Virus record (IMG/VR): IMGVR_UViG_3300034073_003276
Strand: one strand, 5' to 3'
Length of the DNA: 64,000 bases
DNA from: a virus
Taxonomy: Duplodnaviria; Caudoviricetes
The position numbers and the translations under genes are program-made. Positions 49,707 through 56,000 of the stretch are shown here, piece after piece (the first letter of the stretch is position 1; each line of letters begins with the position of its first letter). Under the pieces are notes generated by a model. The model had not been told where the DNA came from, ran no database searches, and saw only the letters and a program-made list of their open reading frames with translations.

Positions 49707-49804
49707 AATTTGATGGATTAAGTGTAATATATCTCATAAGGATATAACAGGGACTTAACCTCTATCAGTTTTATATATTAACAAACTCTTGCGAATTTGT
49801 CAAG

Positions 49805-49878
49805 CGTCCTTTGAGAGATTCGAACTCCCGACACATAGGTTCGTAGCCTACTGCTCTATTCCACTGAGCTAAAAGGAC
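49805..49878 (-). tRNA. tRNA-Arg(ACG)
   Basis: Anticodon arm GTAGG-CTACGAA-CCTAT. Confidence 0.92.
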
Positions 49879-49881
49879 AGG

Positions 49882-49953
49882 CGAAGGGTGAGGGATTTGA
49901 ACCCCCATCGCAAGGTTTTGGAGACCTGCATCTTACCATTAGACCAACCCGAC
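49882..49953 (-). tRNA. tRNA-Trp(CCA), imperfect acceptor stem
   Basis: Anticodon arm CAGGT-CTCCAAA-ACCTT; two mismatches in the acceptor stem. Confidence 0.75.
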
Positions 49954-49956
49954 AGG

Positions 49957-50028
49957 TTCTGAGGGTAGGATTCGAACCCACGAATGGCGGGACCAAAACC
50001 CGCTGCCTTACCACTTGGCGACCTCAGA
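49957..50028 (-). tRNA. tRNA-Gln(TTG)
   Basis: Anticodon arm GCGGG-TTTTGGT-CCCGC. Confidence 0.92.
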
Positions 50029-50029
50029 A

Positions 50030-50103
50030 TGGGGTGTCGTAAGGGAATCGAACCCTCATATGGAGAACCACAATCTCCTGTCTTACCATTAGACTAACGA
50101 CAC
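50030..50103 (-). tRNA. tRNA-His(GTG), CCA encoded
   Basis: Anticodon arm GGAGA-TTGTGGT-TCTCC; C73. Confidence 0.9.
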
Positions 50104-50104
50104 A

Positions 50105-50176
50105 AGGCAGTGGGTAGAATTGAACTACCGACATAGAGGGTATGAATCTCTTGTTCTACCACTGAACTACACTGCC
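50105..50176 (-). tRNA. tRNA with CAT anticodon (elongator Met or Ile2)
   Basis: Anticodon arm AGAGA-TTCATAC-CCTCT; G1-C72 is paired, so not an initiator. Confidence 0.8.
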
Positions 50177-50179
50177 AAA

Positions 50180-50264
50180 CGGAGAGTAGAGGATTCGAAC
50201 CTCTGGTGCTGTTACACACAAGACCTTTCCAAGATCTCACCATAAACCACTCGGACAACTCTCC
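50180..50264 (-). tRNA. tRNA-Ser(GGA)
   Basis: Anticodon arm AGATC-TTGGAAA-GGTCT; long variable arm. Confidence 0.9.
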
Positions 50265-50268
50265 AAGG

Positions 50269-50351
50269 CGGAAGATGTTGGATTCGAACCAACGGAGGTT
50301 TTATCCCCACGGTTTAGCAAACCGCTGCATTAACCACTCTGCCAATCTTCC
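50269..50351 (-). tRNA. tRNA-Ser(GCT)
   Basis: Anticodon arm GCGGT-TTGCTAA-ACCGT; long variable arm. Confidence 0.9.
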
Positions 50352-50354
50352 AAG

Positions 50355-50427
50355 TGGAAACAACTGGACTCGAACCAGTGCTCTTTCGATTATCAGTCGA
50401 ATGCTTTACCAACTAAGCTATGTTTCC
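50355..50427 (-). tRNA. tRNA-Ile(GAT)
   Basis: Anticodon arm TTCGA-CTGATAA-TCGAA. Confidence 0.92.
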
Positions 50428-50513
50428 AATACTGGCTGCTACCAACTCCCTATTATAGGACCCGACCACGGCGCAACTTAGGCGTCCCTCCCTGTGGACG
50501 CTACCAATTGAAG
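50428..50513 (-). ncRNA. GC-rich structured insert between tRNA-Glu and tRNA-Ile
   Basis: GCGTCC-ACAGGGAG-GGACGC hairpin plus a second domain resembling SRP helix 8. Confidence 0.4.
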
Positions 50514-50585
50514 TAGTCTCAACGGGACTTGAACCCGTGTCTACACTGTGAAAGAGTGTTGTCCTAACCACTAGACGATGAGACC
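50514..50585 (-). tRNA. tRNA-Glu(TTC)
   Basis: Anticodon arm ACACT-CTTTCAC-AGTGT. Confidence 0.92.
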
Positions 50586-50588
50586 ATA

Positions 50589-50662
50589 CGACGATGAGGG
50601 GATTTGAACCCCCGATCTCCTGCGTGACAGGCAGGCGCTTTAAACCACTAAGCTACACCGTC
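50589..50662 (-). tRNA. tRNA-Asp(GTC)
   Basis: Anticodon arm CCTGC-CTGTCAC-GCAGG. Confidence 0.92.
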
Positions 50663-50666
50663 AAGG

Positions 50667-50748
50667 TGGGAGGAGCAGGATTCGAACCTGCGAAGGCAGA
50701 GCCGTCTGATTTACAGTCAGATTCCTTTAACCACTCGGAAATCCTCCC
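50667..50748 (-). tRNA. tRNA-Tyr(GTA)
   Basis: Anticodon arm TCTGA-CTGTAAA-TCAGA; long variable arm. Confidence 0.92.
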
Positions 50749-50752
50749 ACGA

Positions 50753-50825
50753 TGGGTCTGGTCGGGCTCGAACCGACGACTTACAGGTTAAAAGCCCGCT
50801 ACTCTACCAACTGAGTTACAGACCC
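50753..50825 (-). tRNA. tRNA-Lys(TTT)
   Basis: Anticodon arm GCGGG-CTTTTAA-CCTGT. Confidence 0.92.
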
Positions 50826-50840
50826 AAATAATGTGGTAAA

Positions 50841-50878
50841 TATTCAGTTGTCAAGGTGCTGGTGGTCTCTCAACCACC
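50841..50878 (-). promoter_or_regulatory. rrn-like boxB hairpin plus boxA antitermination leader
   Basis: GGTGGT-TGAGAG-ACCACC then AGCACCTTGACAACTGAATA, compared with cyanobacterial rrn ITS boxA/D4 GAACCTTGAAAACTGCATA. Confidence 0.5.
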
Positions 50879-50948
50879 CTTTAAGAATACCACCTTTTGG
50901 TCTCTAGGGAGGGACTGGTGGACACTTGGGAAACTGTCACAAGCAACA

Positions 50949-50983
50949 AAAAAGGGGAGGAAACTTTTGGTTTCTCTCCCCTG
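50949..50983 (-). terminator. Rho-independent terminator
   Basis: GGGGAGAGAAAC-CAAAA-GTTTCCTCCCC followed by TTTTTTT. Confidence 0.8.
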
Positions 50984-51008
50984 TCTTTTTGCTTTTATGG
51001 ATTACATC

Positions 51009-51110
51009 TTACATATGCCTATCCATATCCACAAACAGGGGAGTACCCTCAATATGCCAATAGCGGCAATCAAGGTTACTAATCTGTTTGGTGGGCATTT
51101 GGAAAGACAT
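51009..51110 (-). CDS. 33-aa micro-ORF (MSFQMPTKQISNLDCRYWHIEGTPLFVDMDRHM)
   Basis: Hand translation; TATAAATA upstream (51132..51139) and a terminator downstream. Confidence 0.55.
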   Translation of the reverse strand: MSFQMPTKQISNLDCRYWHIEGTPLFVDMDRHM

Positions 51111-51163
51111 TGTTTTCGACCTAAGTGTTTTTATTTATAGGACTTTTTTCTCAAAAAGTCAAG

Positions 51164-51237
<74 letters not shown>

Positions 51238-51323
51238 AAGAGACCTCCCTGTTTGTGCTTCTATGAGAGGCATGGGAGGGGCAGGACTTACACAAGGTTT
51301 GGACCCCTGTTGCCTATGAGAGT

Positions 51324-51352
51324 ATTATAGAGCACCAACGCTCAGAAGTCAA
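51324..51352 (-). promoter_or_regulatory. Sigma70-type promoter upstream of tRNA-Arg(TCT)
   Basis: TTGACT-17 nt-TATAAT. Confidence 0.75.
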
Positions 51353-51552
51353 CCCGCCTTTGCTTCTTTACGGGTTACTTTCTCTTCAGTGATTTCTACT
51401 CTACGTGCCTTAACAAGTTTAGCAATGTCCTGAAGTGCCTTGCGGGCGCGAGTTCCTGCTGCATTATTACCAGCAGTAAATTTTTCGTCTTCTACTTTCC
51501 AAGCTTCAACAGCATTCAGTAGTTCTTGTGATACGGACATAATAATCTCCAA
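51349..51552 (-). CDS. Small basic helical protein (histone H1/Hc1-like DNA-binding, tentative)
   Basis: KFTAGNNAAGTRARKALQDIAKLVKARR.EI motif common in T4-like phages. Confidence 0.6.
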   Translation of the reverse strand: MEIIMSVSQELLNAVEAWKVEDEKFTAGNNAAGTRARKALQDIAKLVKARRVEITEEKVTRKEAKAG

Positions 51553-51584
51553 TAAAAAAAAAGATATGTTTATATATAATGCCT

Positions 51585-51992
51585 TTAGTTACAATCTTTT
51601 GCCCAAGGAGCACAAATACGCATTTCTCCACCAAGAGATTTACATTCTTCAGTATAACAAACAGAATTATCTACTGATTTTTCTAATTTTTTTGGTTGAT
51701 ATTTTTTATCATATTCAGAAATAATCCGATCATACTCTGGAGTTACATCACGAATTGCTCTATCAACATCTCTCTCAACTCTACGATTTATTTTGTCAGG
51801 ATCTTTAAGTATAACCTCATTAATAATAGTTTGTGGGAAAAATTCTCTTTGAATTTCGTCCAATAAGTCCCAAAGCGCATTTTCTGGTATCTTACTACAT
51901 TGTGAGAGTGCTGCGATAATAATTGATAATATAAGTCCTACAGTTATAAGTTGTTTATTTGTTTTCTTATTTCCAAACTTAAATTTAAACAT
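51585..51992 (-). CDS. Hypothetical membrane-anchored/lipoprotein-like protein
   Basis: Basic N-terminus, TM helix ending ALSQC, C-terminal Cys motif. Confidence 0.55.
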   Translation of the reverse strand: MFKFKFGNKKTNKQLITVGLILSIIIAALSQCSKIPENALWDLLDEIQREFFPQTIINEVILKDPDKINRRVERDVDRAIRDVTPEYDRIISEYDKKYQPKKLEKSVDNSVCYTEECKSLGGEMRICAPWAKDCN

Positions 51993-51997
51993 AAGAA

Positions 51998-52020
51998 AGG
52001 GGAGTAGGCAGCACTCCCCT
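51998..52020. terminator. Terminator-like hairpin
   Basis: AGGGGAGT-7 nt-ACTCCCCT with an adjacent T-rich tail on the minus strand. Confidence 0.65.
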
Positions 52021-52026
52021 TATATA

Positions 52027-52692
52027 TCAAACTTCTACCACGATCAGTCTGGAAGCATAATCATGAGCATACGAAGTGCGAGCACCATGATGCCCCCAAC
52101 CAATCCAACTATACGCATAGTCCATGTAACGGTTAATCGACTTACCAGGAGTCTTCATTTGGTTTTCGATACGTTGCCACTGAACTTCAGTCATTAGATA
52201 ACGAAGTTGCGTGTGAAGTGATGATGGTGAACCACCATACTTCTTAGCAAAATCACCCAATCCATAATAACGGTTGGCAGATGTCCATTGAATCAGTCCG
52301 TAACCGCGGCCGCAACCGCTGTAACTGGTTCTACTACCACCTTCACAAATGTTAGGAACAAAAGTTGATTCCTGACGAATATTACCCATGATGGTAGCAA
52401 GGGCGTTTCTGTCTTTAATACCACGCTCCTGGAAGAATGCCAGGGTAGCATTTTCATGTTCATTACACCCTTTACAAATTAGCCTTTTCTCTTTTGGCTT
52501 TGGTAAAGCAACCTCTTTGGTCGCTGTCTTCTTATCATCTACAAGGTCAAACTCTTTAATAATGGAGAAAGGTACTTGTCCAGGAACTGGAGGAGGTGGA
52601 CCTTGCATCTTGTAGTTGACGAATGGCAGTGTTGCCGCATTGGTTGTAACCGTTGCCAAAAGGGGCAGGGCTACAGTAAAGAAGTTTTGCAC
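52027..52692 (-). CDS. Phage tail-type lysozyme (Phage_lysozyme2-like) with N-terminal signal; GTG start
   Basis: ALATIMGNIRQES, GYGLIQWTS, QLRYLM.E, WIGWG..GAR..YA. Confidence 0.75.
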   Translation of the reverse strand: MQNFFTVALPLLATVTTNAATLPFVNYKMQGPPPPVPGQVPFSIIKEFDLVDDKKTATKEVALPKPKEKRLICKGCNEHENATLAFFQERGIKDRNALATIMGNIRQESTFVPNICEGGSRTSYSGCGRGYGLIQWTSANRYYGLGDFAKKYGGSPSSLHTQLRYLMTEVQWQRIENQMKTPGKSINRYMDYAYSWIGWGHHGARTSYAHDYASRLIVVEV

Positions 52693-52905
52693 TAAATTTA
52701 ATTGAACTCTACATCCGTATAGAGAAAGGGGTAAACCTTCTTCTCAGAAGGCAATCTCCACGGCTCTAAATCAAAGTCAAAGACTCATAAAAAAAGACCC
52801 TGCTCATAACAGGGATTTTTACATAATAAGTTAATATTTAGTAATTGTCAAGGGATCCAATTTTTAAACTGGCACGCATAAATAAAGTGTTATGCCTACA
52901 AACTA

Positions 52906-53019
52906 ATGGCAAAGTCGCCCAACAAAGGTAAAAAGGGTTCTCCAGGCGGAAAGCAGTCTAAACAAAATCAAGGTAATGCGACTGCTAGAAAGGCAAAGAA
53001 CGGAGGTAAAAAAAAGTGA
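52906..53019 (+). CDS. 37-aa Lys/Gly-rich basic micro-protein
   Basis: MAKSPNKGKKGSPGGKQSKQNQGNATARKAKNGGKKK; ATAAATA upstream. Confidence 0.55.
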   Translation: MAKSPNKGKKGSPGGKQSKQNQGNATARKAKNGGKKK

Positions 53020-53022
53020 AGT

Positions 53023-53214
53023 ATGCCAAGAGAATGGAATACTCCCAAGCGTGAGCCTTGGAACGCACCAATACATAATATCCTAAAAGCAATAGACAAT
53101 CACACTCAAGAATACTTCAAGAGTGGTGATATTTGGCATCTAGAAAAAGCAGAAATGTTAAGAATTTATCTCACAGAATTAAAAACTTGGATACACAAAC
53201 AAGAAAAAAGATGA
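53023..53214 (+). CDS. Conserved cyanophage hypothetical protein
   Basis: MPREWNTP.REPWNAPIH. Confidence 0.6.
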   Translation: MPREWNTPKREPWNAPIHNILKAIDNHTQEYFKSGDIWHLEKAEMLRIYLTELKTWIHKQEKR

Positions 53215-53453
53215 AACTAAATTTAACTAAACTCATCTTCATTGTTTGTTGCTCTATAGTTGGATTTGTTGGAATAAATTTTGTTACTTGTAATTTTATG
53301 GTGCCAGGCACAATCAATAGAGCAAATGCAAAGGGAGAATTACAAAACCCTCCTCCTTTAGATTGTAAAGAATCTGAAAGAAGAGGGTATGAAACTTTAT
53401 TAACAATTTTAACTACAGTAATTGCATTAAGAACTAAAGTAGAAGAAGACTAA
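53211..53453 (+). CDS. Two-TM membrane protein (holin candidate)
   Basis: Likely ATG at 53211; two hydrophobic helices; convergent with the lysozyme. Confidence 0.45.
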   Translation: MKLNLTKLIFIVCCSIVGFVGINFVTCNFMVPGTINRANAKGELQNPPPLDCKESERRGYETLLTILTTVIALRTKVEED

Positions 53454-54064
53454 GAAGACCAAAGTTTACCTTCTGCAATACGCCTTCTTTGCAGTCCTGC
53501 GGCAACTTTGGTGCCAGGATTATGATAAAGATAAAGAGCATCTGGAACTTTATCCCATTCTTTATTCTTCAATACCCTACTAATGGTATTAAAACCAGAA
53601 GAGTTGTAAAAGCGAGCACCAAGATTGTAAGCAAAAGATAATAGAGCGCCTCGTTGATTTTCATTCATTTCATCCCAGTGAGGAATATTTTGAAGTGGTG
53701 GTAGAAATTCTTTTCTCAACTGATAGTAAAGAAGGTCATCTGCTTCATCTTGAGTAATTATATTACCAATCATAAAACGAGTGCCATCTTTTCTACGAGT
53801 GCTTCCCCATCCAATTGTGATTGGAAGTCCACCAGTCAGAGGATCATAATATGCTTTTAGATGGCATCCTTCAAATTCCTTGATTAAATCTACACCTGGA
53901 ATTGGAAGACCTTCAAGAGTTGGTTCTATCTTTTGATTACGATACCTTCTAGCAAACTCATCAAGAATTTCTTTGTGGACTGATGCTTGTAGAAAATTCC
54001 AAGCATCATTTTGATGTGGCAAATCTTGATGATACTTTACAGCATCAATAAATTTAATACTCAT
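53450..54064 (-). CDS. GH24 lysozyme (endolysin)
   Basis: LIKEFEG..L.AY.D......TIGWGST, NQRGALLSFAYNLG, GLQRRRIAEGKLW. Confidence 0.9.
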   Translation of the reverse strand: MSIKFIDAVKYHQDLPHQNDAWNFLQASVHKEILDEFARRYRNQKIEPTLEGLPIPGVDLIKEFEGCHLKAYYDPLTGGLPITIGWGSTRRKDGTRFMIGNIITQDEADDLLYYQLRKEFLPPLQNIPHWDEMNENQRGALLSFAYNLGARFYNSSGFNTISRVLKNKEWDKVPDALYLYHNPGTKVAAGLQRRRIAEGKLWSS

Positions 54065-54753
54065 GAAAACACTCTACCCCATCCAGACTTAGGACCATCT
54101 ACAGTCCATCTCTTTTCTAAGACAGACTTCTTATAAACAGCACCTTTACCATTATAAACAGACCCTGTGTATCCATCATTCAAACTTCCATAAGGGTCAT
54201 TAACAACATAATCTCCAGATGCTGTCTTACCAATCACTACAAGCATGTGCCCACCAGTAGGTGCAGATAAAGAACCCCTATGAAGAATCCCGATAATGAC
54301 AGGTTTCCCATTGGCAAGCTCCCTATCAAGATCAGCAAAAGAGAGATTGTAACTAAATCGTGAAGTAACACCATAAGACGATAAAACTTTCGTCTGGACG
54401 GCGTGATCAGTCGTATCACCAATTGAGAAAACTTTGCGGATGTAAGCATCATCGCCCTTTGGTCCCTGCAGTGTTCCTGGTTTTAAAAACTCAAGACACA
54501 TAGCACAGGCTGATGAATTACAGGTTCTTTGTGCGTCCCTATAATTATCCGTTTGTGGATAATAAGGAACATTGAGAATATCTGACTTTGGTGCTTCTAC
54601 TTTTGATCTATAAATTCTGACCCAATTAGCATCTTCCTCCATCAAGTCAGATGCTTTTGCTAGCAAATCCTTCTCAAGTTGCTCTACTGCTGCAACATGT
54701 TTTGGATTTTTATCATCATAATATTTGAAAAAATTATGGAGATCGATTTGCAT
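54061..54753 (-). CDS. Peptidase C39-like cysteine peptidase (putative lysin)
   Basis: LNVPYYPQTDN...TCNSSACAM, GGHMLVVIG, VNDPYG. Confidence 0.85.
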   Translation of the reverse strand: MQIDLHNFFKYYDDKNPKHVAAVEQLEKDLLAKASDLMEEDANWVRIYRSKVEAPKSDILNVPYYPQTDNYRDAQRTCNSSACAMCLEFLKPGTLQGPKGDDAYIRKVFSIGDTTDHAVQTKVLSSYGVTSRFSYNLSFADLDRELANGKPVIIGILHRGSLSAPTGGHMLVVIGKTASGDYVVNDPYGSLNDGYTGSVYNGKGAVYKKSVLEKRWTVDGPKSGWGRVFS

Positions 54754-54754
54754 T

Positions 54755-54931
54755 TTATTCTCCTATGTATTCTAGTGAAAAAATATCATGATCTTCAATA
54801 TCAGGATTCAACCATTCACTGAATTCAGATTGAATTGCATGTGCTGATTCGATGTCATAATTAGACAACTCATGAATACGGTCAATTGCCCAATCATGAG
54901 ATTCCCGAAGTGTCTGTTCCAAAGTGACCAT
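54755..54931 (-). CDS. Small acidic hypothetical protein (58 aa)
   Basis: Hand translation MVTLEQTLRESHDWAIDRIH... Confidence 0.55.
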   Translation of the reverse strand: MVTLEQTLRESHDWAIDRIHELSNYDIESAHAIQSEFSEWLNPDIEDHDIFSLEYIGE

Positions 54932-55024
54932 AATATTTAGAAATTATTCTTGGTATTCAAATCCTAGCACGAAACAAAAACATTTTCAAGCATAAATAAA
55001 AACTATAAGAAAGAAAATATTTTT

Positions 55025-55870
55025 ATGGAATGGAAATATAACGGAGAGGACTTTACCGAAGTTCCTAAAGAAATGGAGGGATTTGTTTATCTCATTACTA
55101 ATTTAACTAATGAAAGAAAATATGTTGGTAAAAAATCTTTTTGGATGAGGAGAAAAGATAAAAAAACAGGTAGAAGAAAAACAAAAGAAAGTGATTGGAG
55201 AAATTACTTTGGTTCTTGTGACGAATTGAATGAGGATGTAAAACTTATAGGAAAAGATAGTTTTTATAGAGAAATATTATATCTGTGTCCACATAAAAAA
55301 TCAATGTCTTACTATGAAACTTATGAACAATTTTTAAGAAATGTATTAATGAGTGATGAATACTATAATACGAATATTGAGGGAAGATTTTTTGTAAATG
55401 AAAAAAGTGGAATATATGAAGTTGTTATGAGAAATAATAAATTTAGGGAAAATAAAAGTATAGCAATGACTGGTGACAATAATCCAGCAAAAAGACCAGA
55501 GGTAAGACAAAAACTAAGTGAAATGTTTTCTGGTGAAGGAAATCCTATGTATGGTACTAAATTAACAGAAAAACATAAAGAAAAGTTGTTTAATTCTAGA
55601 AAAAGATCGGTAACTGATGGTAAAGATACATGGGATAGTGTAGTTTCTTTTATGAAAGAAAAAGATATTAGTTGGAATAGATATCTAATGTTAGTTGAAG
55701 AAGGTAAAATATTTTATGTTGATGGTGGTACTGTAAATATGGAATCGAAAATAAAACACAATTTACAAATGTGGGAATGTTTAGTTACTGGATATATATC
55801 TACAGCTGCTGGTCTTTCTATATACCAAAAAAATAGAAATATTGATATAAGTCTTAGAAATAAAATCTAA
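55025..55870 (+). mobile_element. GIY-YIG (Seg-like) endonuclease with NUMOD3 DNA-binding repeats
   Basis: GFVYLITN...RKYVGKK, YFGS, GDNNPAKR, GEGNPMYGTKLTEKHKEK. Confidence 0.8.
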
Positions 55871-55951
55871 TAAATTTTATATATTATATTATAATATAGT
55901 ATCTTAGAGCTATTATTTATCCTTCAACCGGGACAAAGGTAGTCTAGCAAT

Positions 55952-55979
55952 AAAAAAGCACCCTGTCAAGAGGGTGCTT
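55952..55979 (-). terminator. Rho-independent terminator (contains TTGACA of the next promoter)
   Basis: AAGCACCCT...AGGGTGCTT followed by TTTT. Confidence 0.7.
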
Positions 55980-56000
55980 AATGGTTATTTGAGTTTTGTA

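Noticed and set aside
50428-50513. HDV-like (theta) or pistol ribozyme downstream of tRNA-Glu
   Set aside because: I could not build the P1/P1.1/P2/P3 double pseudoknot or the pistol core on either strand.
50849-50854. TTGACA as the -35 box for tRNA-Lys
   Set aside because: A -10 at 17 nt would abut the tRNA 5' end; it is better read as part of a boxA-like element.
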